Positions 42,644 to 54,582 of a stretch of DNA of 64,000 bases are shown one piece after another. The number at the start of each line of letters is the position of its first letter. Positions within the stretch are counted from its first letter, which is position 1. A model generated the notes under the pieces. It was given only the letters and a program-made list of their open reading frames with translations. It did no database searches and was not told the origin of the DNA. This DNA is from an uncultured Gammaproteobacteria bacterium (GTDB lineage Bacteria > Pseudomonadota > Gammaproteobacteria > Steroidobacterales > Steroidobacteraceae), in assembly GCA_963766915.1 (NCBI GenBank), contig CAVYCL010000014.1, positions 253,159 through 317,158 of the forward strand. Direction: 5' to 3'. Position numbers and translations under genes: made by a program.

Positions 42644-43207
42644 ATGTCGCTGATCAATACCGAAATCAAGCCGTTCAAGGCCACCGCATACCACCAGGGC
42701 GAGTTCGTGCAGATCACGAACGAGGACCTGAAGGGCAAGTGGTCCGTGTTCGTGTTCTATCCCGCCGATTTCACGTTCGTGTGCCCGACCGAGCTCGGCG
42801 ACCTCGCGGACCACTACGCGGCATTCAAGAAGATGGGCGTGGAGATCTACGGCATCTCGACCGATACCCATTTTACCCACAAGGCGTGGCACGACACCTC
42901 CGACACCATCGGCAAGGTGACCGTATCCGCTGATCGGCGATCCGACCCAGACGCTCGCCGCAACTTCGGCGTGCTGATCGAGGAAGAGGGGCTCGCCTAC
43001 CGCGGCACCTTCGTCATCGACCCGTCGGGCAAGATCAAGGTCGTCGAGATCAACGACAACGGCATCGGCCGCGATGCCAAGGAGCTGCTGCGCAAGGTGC
43101 AGGCGGCGCAGTACGTCGCCTCCCATCCGGGCGAGGTGTGTCCGGCGAAATGGACTCCCGGCAGCAAGACGCTGTCGCCCTCCCTCGACCTCGTCGGCAA
43201 GATCTGA
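42644..43207 (+). CDS. ahpC: alkyl hydroperoxide reductase subunit C (peroxiredoxin), with a local out-of-frame patch at 42920-42962
   Basis: MSLINTEIKPFKATAY..FVFYPADFTFVCPTEL..HKAWH..; the expected YPLIGDPTQTLA is readable only in the +1 frame, between an inserted and a missing base. The C-terminal ..EVCPAKW.. is in frame. Confidence 0.9.
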   Translation: MSLINTEIKPFKATAYHQGEFVQITNEDLKGKWSVFVFYPADFTFVCPTELGDLADHYAAFKKMGVEIYGISTDTHFTHKAWHDTSDTIGKVTVSADRRSDPDARRNFGVLIEEEGLAYRGTFVIDPSGKIKVVEINDNGIGRDAKELLRKVQAAQYVASHPGEVCPAKWTPGSKTLSPSLDLVGKI

Positions 43208-43210
43208 GTC

Positions 43211-44775
43211 ATGCTCGACGACGGCCTCAAGACGCAGTTGAAAGGCTATCTGGAGCGGCTGCAGCAGCCGGTGGAGATCCTCGCCTCGCTCGATGAGAGC
43301 GAGGGGTCGCGGGAGATGCTCGAGCTGCTCCAGGACATCGCGGCGCTGTCGCCGCGGGTGTCGCTCGAGGTGCGGCGCGACGATGCGGAGGTCAAGCCCT
43401 CCTTCGCGCTGCTGCCGGGCGGGCGAGGAGCCGCGCGTGCGCTTCGCCGGCGTGCCGATGGGCCACGAGTTCACTTCGCTCGTGCTCGCGCTGCTGCAGG
43501 TCGGCGGCCACCCGCCGAAGGCGGAGGCGAGGACGCTCGATCAGGTGCGCTCGCTCGACGGCGATTTGCGATTCGAGACGTTCGTGTCGCTGAGCTGCCA
43601 GAGCTGCCCCGACGTGGTGCAGGCGCTCAATCTCATGTCGGTGGTGAATCCGCGGGTGCGTCACACCATGATCGACGGCGCGCTGTTTCAGGCGGAGGTC
43701 GAGCGCCGCGGCGTGATGGCGGTGCCGAGCGTGTTTCTGAACGGCGAACCGTTCGGTCAGGGCCGTATGCTGCTCGCGGAGATCATCGCGAAGCTCGACG
43801 CCGATGCCCCGCGCCGTGACGCCGAGAGCCTGGACAGCCGTGCGCCCTACGATGTGCTGGTGGTGGGCGGTGGGCCGGCCGGCGCCGCCGCCGCCGTCTA
43901 CGCGGCGCGCAAGGGCATCCGCACCGGCATCGCGGCCGAGCGCATGGGCGGCCAGCTGCTCGACACCGTCGGCATCGAGAATTTCATTTCGGTGAAGGAG
44001 ACCGAGGGCCACAAGCTCGCCGCGGGTCTCGATGAGCACGTCGGCGCCTACGAAGTCGACGTGATGAACTTGCAGCGGGCGGCGGCGCTCGTTCCGGGCG
44101 AGCTGATCGGCGTCAAGCTCGCGAGCGGGGCCGTGCTCAAGCGCGAAATCGGTGGTCCTCGCCACCGGCGCCCGCTGGCGCGAGGTCAACGTTCCCGGCG
44201 AGCGCGAATACCGCAATCGGGGCGTCGCCTATTGCCCGCATTGCGACGGCCCGCTGTTCAAGGGCAAGCGCGTCGCCGTCATCGGCGGCGGCAACTCGGG
44301 CGTCGAGGCCGCGATCGACCTGGCCGGCCTCACGAGCCACGTCACCTTGATCGAGTACGAGCAGGAGCTGCGCGCCGATGCCGTGCTCCAGCGCAAGCTC
44401 GCGAGCCTGCCCAACGTCGCGGTGATCACCGGCGCGCAGACCACCGAGATCACGGGCGACGGCGAGCGGGTCACCGGCCTGTCCTACAAGGATCGCCGCG
44501 ACGGCACGCTGCATTCGCTCGAGCTCGCCGGGGTGTTCGTGCAAATCGGCCTCGTGCCGAACACGGATTGGCTGAAGGGTGTGGTGAAGCTGTCGCCGCG
44601 CGGCGAGATCGAGATCAATGCCCGCGGCGAAACCTCGGTGCCGGGCGTGTTCGCGGCCGGCGATTGCACGGTCGTGCCCTACAAGCAGATCGTGATTGCC
44701 ATGGGCGAGGGCGCGAAAGCCAGCTTGAGCGCGTTCGACTATCTGATCCGCGCGCCCTTATCCGCCGCTGCCTGA
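43211..44775 (+). CDS. ahpF: alkyl hydroperoxide reductase subunit F, with apparent +1 frameshifts near 43421 and 44141
   Basis: [17 protein letters not shown]..; [56 protein letters not shown]..; [46 protein letters not shown]... Confidence 0.9.
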
Positions 44776-44815
44776 GGAGTACAATGCCCGTGTGTGATTT
44801 CCGAGCGCACGGGGA

Positions 44816-45289
44816 ATGCAGCCAGTTGCATCGAACAAGAGACTTTCCGCCGGCGTGGTGATCGTGAGCACGGTCCCGCGCAAGCTGAAATTCTTGCTGC
44901 TGCGGGCCTACCGGAACTGGGACTTCCCGAAAGGACTGGTCGAGGCGGGCGAGGAGCCCATCGATGCCGCGGTCCGCGAGGTGCGCGAGGAGACCAACCT
45001 CGACGACATCTCGTTCGACTGGGGCTTGGTGTTCATGGAGACCGGTCCCTACAACAAGGGCAAGATTTCCCGTTACTACATCGCCCGCAGCAAGGAAACG
45101 CACATCATCCTGCCGGTGAGCCCGGAGCTCGGAGTTCCCGAGCACCACGAGGCGCGATGGGCCGACTATCAGCGAGCTCTGGCTATGGTATCGCCGCGCC
45201 TGACGCCGGTCCTTGATTGGGCCTACCGCATCATCAACCACGGACTCGTGCCGGCGGCGGATGCTTCGGCCGCGAATCCTCCCGGCTGA
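44816..45289 (+). CDS. NUDIX hydrolase (Ap4A-hydrolase-like)
   Basis: NUDIX box [23 protein letters not shown]. Confidence 0.85.
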   Translation: MQPVASNKRLSAGVVIVSTVPRKLKFLLLRAYRNWDFPKGLVEAGEEPIDAAVREVREETNLDDISFDWGLVFMETGPYNKGKISRYYIARSKETHIILPVSPELGVPEHHEARWADYQRALAMVSPRLTPVLDWAYRIINHGLVPAADASAANPPG

Positions 45290-45312
45290 GCGCGGTTCTC
45301 AGGACGATTTCG

Positions 45313-46161
45313 CTAGAGCGAGACGCTCCCCCGGCCGATCTCGATCACATCGCCGCCTACGCGGATGCGGCGCGCCTCGGTCACCTCGAGATAGAGCGAC
45401 GACGGGCGTGCCACGAGCTCGCCCTGCGCTATCTCGATCCGTGCCGGCAGCGGGCGGTTCATCGCGAGCCACCAGCCGCCGAAGTTGGCGGCGGCGGAAC
45501 CCGTCGCAGGGTCCTCGAGCAGCGCCGTGCCGCTCGGAAAAAAGAACCGCGCAAGCGTCGCGCCGGGTCTTCTTTCGGCGAATACATAGGCCATGCTCGC
45601 GCCGTCTTCGCTGCGCAGGGCGGCAAAGGCGTCGGCTTGCGGGGTGGCGCGGCGCACGGCTTCGAGCGAGTTCAAAGGGACGATGAGCTGCTCCTTGCCT
45701 GCTTTGACCCACAGCGGCCGCTCGCCGAAGTCCGATTCCGCGAGCCCGAGGGCTGCGGCCAGCGCGGCGCGCGAGGTGTCCACTTCGCGAAATGTCGAGT
45801 AGGGCGCCGTGAGCGTCCAGCGATCGTTTTGCGCGGCGACCTCGATGAGCCCCGCTTGCATGTCCAGACGGAGCACGTCGCCGCCGAGTCCGAGCGCCCT
45901 GCAAACATGGGCTGTGCCGAGGGTCGGATGGCCGGCGAAAGGCATCTCATAGCTCGGCGTGAAAATCCGCACCGCCGCCGCGCCTCGCGAGGAGGGGAGG
46001 ATGAAGGTCGTTTCGGATAAATTGAACTGACGCGCCAGCGCCTGCATGGTCGGCGTGTCGAGGCCGGCGCCGTCCTCGAACACACAAAGCGGATTGCCCG
46101 AGAGCCGCCGCTGGTCGTGCGTGAAGACGTTGATCAGACGGTACGCGCGGCTTTGGGGCAT
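45313..46161 (-). CDS. PhzF-family isomerase
   Basis: ..INVFTHDQRRLSGNPLCVF..LSETTFILP..IFTPSYEMPFAGHPTLGTA..EDPATGSAAANFG... Confidence 0.85.
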   Translation of the reverse strand: MPQSRAYRLINVFTHDQRRLSGNPLCVFEDGAGLDTPTMQALARQFNLSETTFILPSSRGAAAVRIFTPSYEMPFAGHPTLGTAHVCRALGLGGDVLRLDMQAGLIEVAAQNDRWTLTAPYSTFREVDTSRAALAAALGLAESDFGERPLWVKAGKEQLIVPLNSLEAVRRATPQADAFAALRSEDGASMAYVFAERRPGATLARFFFPSGTALLEDPATGSAAANFGGWWLAMNRPLPARIEIAQGELVARPSSLYLEVTEARRIRVGGDVIEIGRGSVSL

Positions 46162-46173
46162 CGGTTAAGTATA

Positions 46174-46198
46174 GTGCGGCCGGCTGCGCCGGCCGCAC
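46174..46198 (-). terminator. hairpin downstream of the small lipoprotein gene
   Basis: GTGCGGCCGGC-TGC-GCCGGCCGCAC forms a perfect 11-bp stem; the U-tract is weak. Confidence 0.45.
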
Positions 46199-46217
46199 GC
46201 TCTGCCCTCATCGAGGC

Positions 46218-46367
46218 TCAAGGCCGCACGACCACCACGGGGGCCGGCGCAACCACCGCCACGCGCGGGCCGTACCAGTAAGGCCGCGGCGGCCCATAGG
46301 GCGCAACCACGCAGCCGGCCATGCCTAGAAAACTCAATGGAATCAATAACATAAATAGGCGTTTCAT
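46218..46367 (-). CDS. 49-aa putative lipoprotein
   Basis: MKRLFMLLIPLSFLGMAGCVVAPYGPPRPYWYGPRVAVVAPAPVVVVRP has a lipobox LGMAGC and an AGGAGA Shine-Dalgarno 7 nt upstream. It is too short for the supplied ORF track. Confidence 0.45.
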   Translation of the reverse strand: MKRLFMLLIPLSFLGMAGCVVAPYGPPRPYWYGPRVAVVAPAPVVVVRP

Positions 46368-46495
46368 GGGCGTCTCCTGGAAATTTTGCTCTCCAGGAAT
46401 GAAACGTCGCAGGCGCCTTCGGGATGACAGGATGAACGCGGCTTAAGGCGCCGTGAGCGGCGGGATTCGCCCTACGGCGCCTGGCCGGACTGTGG

Positions 46496-47221
46496 TTAGG
46501 CGAGGGTGTGGAATACCTTCTGCACGTCATCGTCCTGCTCGAGCTTGTCGATCAACGCGAGCACCTCGGCGGCCTGGTCCTCGGGGAGCTCCGTCGGCAC
46601 GGAACAGATGTACTCGTGCTCTGCGGAGAGCGGCGTGATGTGCCGCGCCTCGAGCGCCTCCTGCAACTTGCCGAAATCGCCGAACGCGCAGCGGATCACG
46701 AGCTGCGGCTCGCCCTTCTCGCCCGTGCTCTCGCCCATCTCCTCGAGCCCGTAGTCGATGAGATCGAGCTCCAACTCGTCCTGGTCCTTCACGGCGGACG
46801 GATCGAGCCGGAAAACGCCCATTTTCTTGAACAGGAAGCCGACGCTCCCCGTGGTCCCCAAGTTCCCTGCGTTGCGCGTGAACACATTGCGCACGTTGCC
46901 GACGGTGCGCGTGGGGTTGTCGGTGGCGCATTCGACCAACAGCGCGACGCCGTGCGGCGCATAGCCTTCGTACAGAATTTCGTGATAGTTGGAGGCATCC
47001 TTGCCCATGGCGCGGCGGATCGCCGCATCGGTCTTGTCCTTGGGCATGTTGACGGCGCGTGCGTTCTGCAGCACGCGTCGCAAGGTGCTGTTGGAGGCGG
47101 GATCCGGGCCGCCTGAATGCACGGCGATGCTGATGTCCTTGGCCACCCGGGTGAATTGCTTGGCCATCCGGTTCCAGCGCGCGAACATCGCATGCTTTCT
47201 GACTTCGAAAATGCGTCCCAT
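46496..47221 (-). CDS. YebC/PmpR-family DNA-binding regulator (paralog type)
   Basis: ..[63 protein letters not shown]... Confidence 0.8.
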   Translation of the reverse strand: MGRIFEVRKHAMFARWNRMAKQFTRVAKDISIAVHSGGPDPASNSTLRRVLQNARAVNMPKDKTDAAIRRAMGKDASNYHEILYEGYAPHGVALLVECATDNPTRTVGNVRNVFTRNAGNLGTTGSVGFLFKKMGVFRLDPSAVKDQDELELDLIDYGLEEMGESTGEKGEPQLVIRCAFGDFGKLQEALEARHITPLSAEHEYICSVPTELPEDQAAEVLALIDKLEQDDDVQKVFHTLA

Positions 47222-47350
47222 GGTGAGCGTCCTAGGCAGTCGGCCTCGTTGTCCGGACGCGAATGGTAGCAATACCCGGCCAAACCGCTAGACTTGCGCG
47301 TGGCCGACAGGCGCGGCGGTCCGCCGACGGCGCGCCACTCGGAGGTATAC

Positions 47351-48850
47351 ATGACTGAAGTGCACGCGGACGACACCGCTAGCTTCCCCACTTTTCGCGA
47401 TCTGGGGCTCTCCGAGGCCGTGCTTCGGGGGCTCGAGGGAGTCGGCTACGAGTCGCCCTCGCCGATTCAGGCCGCCACCATCCCCGTGTTGCTCTCGGGT
47501 GCCGACATGCTGGGACAGGCCCAGACCGGCACCGGCAAGACGGCCGCATTCGCCTTGCCGGCGTTGTCGCGGCTGGATCCCAACGGCCGCGATCCGCAGG
47601 TGCTGGTGCTGGTGCCGACCCGCGAGCTCGCTTTGCAGGTGGCGGAGGCGTTTCAGCGCTATGCGGCGCATCTCCCCGGATTCCACGTCCTGCCCATCTA
47701 CGGCGGGCAGAGCTATCAGCCGCAGCTGAATGCCCTGCGGCGCGGCGTGCACGTCGTGGTGGGAACACCCGGGCGCGTGATCGACCACATGAACCGCGGG
47801 ACGTTGAACCTCGCCAAGCTGACGATGCTGGTGCTCGACGAAGCGGACGAGATGCTGCAGATGGGCTTCATCGACGCCGTCGAGTCGATACTCGAGCAGA
47901 CCCCGCCCGGCCGGCAGGTCGCGCTCTTCTCCGCGACGCTGGCGCCGGCCATCCGCCGCATCGCGCAGCGGCACCTGCGGACGCCCGTCGAAGTGACCAT
48001 CAAATCGAAGACCGGCACCTCGACCCGCATCCGGCAACGCTGCTGGATGGTGAGCGGACTGCACAAGCTCGACGCGCTCACGCGGATTCTCGAGACCGAG
48101 ACTTTCGACGGCATGCTGATTTTCACGCGCACCAAGCAATCCACGGTGGAGCTCGCCGAGAAGCTCGAAGCGCGTGGCTTTTCGGCGGTCGCGCTCAACG
48201 GCGATATTCCGCAAGCGCAGCGCGAGCGCACCGTCGCACGCCTGCGCGCCGGGGAGATCGACATCGTGGTCGCCACCGACGTGGCGGCACGGGGTCTCGA
48301 CGTCGAGCGTATCAGCCACGTGGTCAACTACGACGCGCCGTACGACGGCGAATCGTACGTGCATCGCATCGGCCGCACCGGCCGCGCCGGCCGCAGCGGC
48401 GAGGCGATCCTGTTCATCGCGCCGCGCGAGGGATCGTTGCTGCGGGCAATCGAGCGGGCGACGCGCCAGAAAATCGAGACCATGGATCTTCCCACCGTCG
48501 CGGCGGTGAATGCCTCGCGCGTCGCGAAGTTCAAGGTGCGCATCTCGGAGACCGTCGCCAAGGGCCGGGCCGCTGAATTTCGCCCCATCCTGCGCGAGCT
48601 CGAAACGGAGACGGGAATGCCGCTGATCGATATCGCCGCGGCGCTCGCAAGTTTAGGGCAGGGCGAATCGCCGCTACTGCTCAAGGGAGCGGAAAGTTTC
48701 CGCTCGGACGAGCGGTCGGCAGGAGAGGCACGGCCGACCCGAGGAACGAAGCCCGCACGGGGGATCAAGCCCGCGCGGGGAATGCATCCGGTCCGCGACT
48801 CCGCGCAGGGCGGCGGAAACCCCAAGTTCCGGAGACGTGCGCGGCCTTGA
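47351..48850 (+). CDS. deaD: DEAD-box ATP-dependent RNA helicase (DeaD/CsdA-like)
   Basis: Q-motif ..F..LGL..GYESPSPIQ; AQTGTGKTAAF; PTRELA; DEADEML; SAT; ..HRIGRTGRAG. GGAGG Shine-Dalgarno upstream. Confidence 0.9.
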   Translation: MTEVHADDTASFPTFRDLGLSEAVLRGLEGVGYESPSPIQAATIPVLLSGADMLGQAQTGTGKTAAFALPALSRLDPNGRDPQVLVLVPTRELALQVAEAFQRYAAHLPGFHVLPIYGGQSYQPQLNALRRGVHVVVGTPGRVIDHMNRGTLNLAKLTMLVLDEADEMLQMGFIDAVESILEQTPPGRQVALFSATLAPAIRRIAQRHLRTPVEVTIKSKTGTSTRIRQRCWMVSGLHKLDALTRILETETFDGMLIFTRTKQSTVELAEKLEARGFSAVALNGDIPQAQRERTVARLRAGEIDIVVATDVAARGLDVERISHVVNYDAPYDGESYVHRIGRTGRAGRSGEAILFIAPREGSLLRAIERATRQKIETMDLPTVAAVNASRVAKFKVRISETVAKGRAAEFRPILRELETETGMPLIDIAAALASLGQGESPLLLKGAESFRSDERSAGEARPTRGTKPARGIKPARGMHPVRDSAQGGGNPKFRRRARP

Positions 48851-48892
48851 GTCTCCGGGGAATGACGTCGACGCAACATAGAGGAGCACGCG

Positions 48893-48997
48893 ATGAGCAA
48901 GGGCATGGAACGAAAGAAAGAGGGCAAGAAGAAACCCACCAAGACGCTGGAAGAGAAGCGCGCCGCGAAAAAGGCCAAGCGCGAATCGCGCGGCTGA
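48893..48997 (+). CDS. 34-aa lysine-rich small protein (hypothetical)
   Basis: MSKGMERKKEGKKKPTKTLEEKRAAKKAKRESRG has a GAGGAG Shine-Dalgarno upstream and hairpins downstream. No function is known. Confidence 0.3.
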   Translation: MSKGMERKKEGKKKPTKTLEEKRAAKKAKRESRG

Positions 48998-49063
48998 TCG
49001 ACGGCGCCGCCGCCCGCGCAACGCGGGCCTGACGGCATGACGTGACGGCCCGGGGGCGGGCGC

Positions 49064-50017
49064 TCAGACCACCCGCCCCCGCCGGCCGCCGCGCCGAAAA
49101 TCCACGATGTTCGCGGCCATCTCGTCGATACAGCGCTGCCGCGCTTCACGTGCCGCCCAGGCGATGTGGGGCGTGACGATCAGGTTTGGAATGTCGGATG
49201 CGAGCAACGGATCGCCGTCCGTCGGCGGCTCCTGAGCCAGCACGTCGATACCCGCTCCGCCCAGCCGCCCGGCGCGGAGCGCCTGCGCAAGCGCCGTGCT
49301 ATCCACCAGCGCGCCCCGTGCGGTGTTGATGAGCAAGGCATCCGTCTTCATGAGCTCAAGTTCGCGCGCCCCGATGAGGCCGCGGGTCGCCGGTGTCGAG
49401 GGACAGTGCAAGGACACGATGTCGGCCGTTGCCAGCAGCTCATCGAGGCTCACCCGACCGCGCTCCGGCGGCGCGCCGGGACGGTTGCAGACGATCGTGC
49501 GCATGCCGAACGACTCGCCCACCGCCGCCACGCCGCGGCCGAGCGTGCCCCACCCGACGATGCCGAGCACGCGGCCCGACAGCTCCCGGATCGGATGCGC
49601 GAGCACGGCGTATTCTTCGTTCTCGACCCAGGAGCCGTCCGTCGCGAGTCGCGCGTACTCGCGCAGATGCTGAGTGAGACCTAAGATGAGCGCCCAGGCC
49701 TGCTGCACCACCGACGCCGTGCAGTAGCCGCGCACGTTGCATACGGCGATGCCGCGCTCCTCTGCGGCGGCGAGATCGACGCCGTCCGTTCCCGTGCCGG
49801 CGACCGCGATCAGCTTGAGCTCGCGCGCGCTCTCGAGAAGCTCGCGCGTGAGCCCGATCTTGTTGAGGAGCACGATCTGCACGTCCGCGAGACGCAGGGC
49901 GAGCTGCGATTCAGTCGTCGAGGCATAGAAGCGGATTCCGGGCGCCGCCTGTTCGAGACTCGCGGTGTCGAGGTCGCCGTTGGAAACCGTCTCGTAATCG
50001 AGGAATGCCGTATGCAT
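49064..50017 (-). CDS. D-2-hydroxyacid dehydrogenase (glycerate dehydrogenase / hydroxypyruvate reductase-like)
   Basis: NAD-binding GIVGWGTLGRGVA; ..LINTARGALVD..; ..GAGIDVL..EP..; ..TPHIAW. Confidence 0.85.
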   Translation of the reverse strand: MHTAFLDYETVSNGDLDTASLEQAAPGIRFYASTTESQLALRLADVQIVLLNKIGLTRELLESARELKLIAVAGTGTDGVDLAAAEERGIAVCNVRGYCTASVVQQAWALILGLTQHLREYARLATDGSWVENEEYAVLAHPIRELSGRVLGIVGWGTLGRGVAAVGESFGMRTIVCNRPGAPPERGRVSLDELLATADIVSLHCPSTPATRGLIGARELELMKTDALLINTARGALVDSTALAQALRAGRLGGAGIDVLAQEPPTDGDPLLASDIPNLIVTPHIAWAAREARQRCIDEMAANIVDFRRGGRRGRVV

Positions 50018-50040
50018 GGCGCTACAATGGCCGTTCCGTC

Positions 50041-50643
50041 ATGAAAATCTCCGCCGTTATCGTCCTCATCGCCGCGAATGTCGCGGTGTACCTCGTCGAG
50101 AAGTGGATCGGTGAACCGTTCATGACGCTCTTCGCGCTGTGGCCGCTTCAACCGATCGAGGGCCAATCTTACTTTCATTTCTGGCAGATCGTTACTTACG
50201 CCTTTCTGCACGATCCCCTCAACCTAGCGCACATCGGCTTCAACATGCTGGCCTTATACATGTTCGGCACCGAGATCGAGCGCTATGCGGGGCCCTGGCG
50301 GTTGCTTGCGTGCTACTTAGCGGGAGTGATCACTGCCGCTCTCGCGCAGCTTCTCGTGCAGTCTCTGCCTGGCGCGGCGTTCGACAGCACGGTCGGCGCA
50401 TCGGGCGGCGTTTTTGGCCTGCTGTTTGCGTTCGCGATGATGTTCCCGCATCGCAAAGTGATTCCTCTGATACCGCCGATCCCCATGCCGGCTTGGCTGT
50501 TTGCAACCCTCTACGCGGGCGCCGAGCTTCTGTTCGGCGTCACCGGGACTCTGCCGGGCATTGCGCATTTCGCACATCTCGGCGGCATCGTCGGCAGCGC
50601 CTTGGTGGTGCTGAGCTGGCGGCGGGCGCGCGCATCGCGCTGA
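50041..50643 (+). CDS. rhomboid-family intramembrane serine protease
   Basis: Multi-TM ORF with ..HIGFNMLALYMFG.., catalytic GASGGVFGL and ..AHLGG... Confidence 0.85.
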   Translation: MKISAVIVLIAANVAVYLVEKWIGEPFMTLFALWPLQPIEGQSYFHFWQIVTYAFLHDPLNLAHIGFNMLALYMFGTEIERYAGPWRLLACYLAGVITAALAQLLVQSLPGAAFDSTVGASGGVFGLLFAFAMMFPHRKVIPLIPPIPMPAWLFATLYAGAELLFGVTGTLPGIAHFAHLGGIVGSALVVLSWRRARASR

Positions 50644-50703
50644 GCGCGGCTTGCCGGCCCGTCGCCGTACCCATCGGTGCGCGAAACCGCTAGGCTACGC
50701 GCC

Positions 50704-51742
50704 ATGAAAACCATCTTAAGATCGATCGCCTGCGTCGCTGCGCTCTGGTGTGCCGCATCGCCCGCGCACGCCGAGTGGGTTCGCCGCATCAGCGACGGCA
50801 TCATGGGCACGCGCATCACGGTGGAGCTGTGGGCCGAGGATCGCGCCCAGGGTGAGCATGGCGATCGATGCGGTGCTCGACGAGATGCGGCACATCGACG
50901 AGACGATGAGTACGTACAAGCCGACCAGCGAGGTTTCGCAGGTCAACGACAAAGCCGCCGATGGCCCCATGCACATCAGCAAGGAGCTGTTCGACCTGCT
51001 CGTCACCGCACGCCAGTACTCGGAGATCACCGACGGCGCGTTCGACATCACCTATGCGAGCGTCGGCTACATGTACGACTTCCGCAAGCACGTGCGGCCG
51101 GATGACACGCAGATCGCCAAGGCGCTGCCCGCCGTCAATTACCGCCATGTGATTCTCGATCCGGCGAACCAGACGGTGCGGTTCACGCAGAAAGGCGTGC
51201 GCATCGATCTCGGCGGCATCGCCAAGGGCTACTCGGTGGATCGCGGCATCGAGGTGTTGAAGGGACTCGGCTTCACACGCGCCTTCATCGGCGCGGGCGG
51301 CGACAGCCGCATCATCGGCGACCGGTTCGGCAAACCTTGGATCGTGGGCGTGCGCGACCCGATGAAGGGCGAGGGCAACGTGATCGCACGCATTCCGCTG
51401 GAAAATGCGGCCATCTCGACGTCGGGCGACTACGAGCGGTTCTTCGACGAGGGCGGCGTGCGCTACCACCACATCATCGATCCGAAGACCGGTCACTCGG
51501 CAAGCAAGGTGCGCAGCGCCACGGTCATCGGTCCGTCGGCGACCCGCACCGACGGCCTCTCCAAGACCGCCTTCGTGCTCGGGCCCGACAAGGCGCTCGA
51601 AATCTACAACAGGCTGGATGACATCGACGCCATCATCGTCAAGCTCGACGGTACCGTGGTGCATTCCAAGGGCATGAGCCACGCCCCGCCGCACCCTGAC
51701 GCGCCGGGCGTCGCCACGCCGGGCGACGCCGCCGCCGCCTAA
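50704..51742 (+). CDS. apbE: FAD:protein FMN transferase ApbE, with an apparent +1 frameshift near 50855
   Basis: Signal peptide MKTILRSIACVAALW..; GIMGTRITVELW.. then, in the +1 frame, AIDAVLDEMRHIDETMSTYKPTSEVSQVN..DLGGIAKGY..TSGDYERFF...HHIIDPKTG. Confidence 0.85.
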
Positions 51743-52221
51743 TCCCTGAAATTATTGAATTGCAGCGGCACTTCGAAGGTGCCCTTGCGAAGGAGCGCGA
51801 TGGCCTCCTGCAGGTCGTCGCGCTTCTTGCCGGTGACGCGCACCTTCTCGCCCTGAATCTGCGCCTGCACCTTGAGCTTCGAGTCCTTGAGCAGCCGCGT
51901 CACTTTCTTGCCGGTCTCCTGATCGATGCCGTGCCGGAGTATCACGTCTTGCTTGGCGGTCGCGAGATTCACCAAGGGGTCCTTCTCCTCGAGGCAGGCG
52001 ACGTCGATGCCGCGTTTGGCGACCTTGAGCTTCAGGATCTCGAGCATCTGCTTCAGCTGGAACTCGGCCGGGGCCTTCATGGTGACGGTGAGCTCGTCGA
52101 GCTCGAACTGCGCGCCGGTCTCCTTGAAGTCGAAACGCTGGGCGAGCTCGCGGCTCGCCTGGTCGACGGCATTGGTCAACTCGTGGCTGTCGATTTCCGA
52201 GACGACGTCGAACGATGGCAT
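51739..52221 (-). CDS. yajQ: YajQ-family nucleotide / cyclic-di-GMP-binding protein
   Basis: MPSFDVVSEIDSHELTNAVDQASRELAQRFDFK.. is the canonical YajQ N-terminus. Confidence 0.9.
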   Translation of the reverse strand: MPSFDVVSEIDSHELTNAVDQASRELAQRFDFKETGAQFELDELTVTMKAPAEFQLKQMLEILKLKVAKRGIDVACLEEKDPLVNLATAKQDVILRHGIDQETGKKVTRLLKDSKLKVQAQIQGEKVRVTGKKRDDLQEAIALLRKGTFEVPLQFNNFRD

Positions 52222-52224
52222 GGC

Positions 52225-54096
<1,872 letters not shown>

Positions 54097-54195
54097 GTCA
54101 CGGGCACACCATCATCGGTCACTGCTAACTCGCGTCTACGGCTTATAATTGTAGCCTCGGTCTTTCGCACTCAGGTCACGTATGGCGGAGCAATC

Positions 54196-54525
54196 GTGAA
54201 ATTCAAGGCCCTGCTCGATCACTGGAAGAAGGACCCGCCGCCGGTGCGCACGGCCCGAGAATACGCCATGCGGCTGCCGCTCGAGGACGCGGCGCGGCTG
54301 CAGGCGCTCGCGGAGTTGTTCCCCGGCCGAACCGTGGAGACGCTGATCACGGACCTCCTGCACGCCGCGCTCGATGAAATCGTCGCCGCCATGCCCTACG
54401 AGGCCGGCCCGCAGATCATTTCGCGCGACGACCAGGGCGACCCGGTCTACGAGGATGTCGGGCTCACGCCGCGCTTCGCCGAGCTCACCCGCAAGCTCAA
54501 AAAAAGCCTGCAGGCGGGGCCGTAG
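54196..54525 (+). CDS. conserved hypothetical protein
   Basis: VKFKALLDHWKKDPPPVRTAREYAMRLPLEDAARLQALAELFPGRTVETLITDLL..YEDVGLTPRFAELTRK. GTG start with GGAG upstream. I recall similar proteins in beta/gamma-proteobacteria but cannot assign a function. Confidence 0.5.
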   Translation: MKFKALLDHWKKDPPPVRTAREYAMRLPLEDAARLQALAELFPGRTVETLITDLLHAALDEIVAAMPYEAGPQIISRDDQGDPVYEDVGLTPRFAELTRKLKKSLQAGP

Positions 54526-54529
54526 CGGC

Positions 54530-54558
54530 TTGACGATGCCCGCTCGGCGCGGCGATAC
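54530..54558 (+). promoter_or_regulatory. candidate sigma-70 promoter of the trp operon
   Basis: TTGACG-N17-GATACT lies about 25 nt upstream of the leader ORF. Confidence 0.45.
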
Positions 54559-54582
54559 TCCCCCTGAATGTTACTAAGCGCT

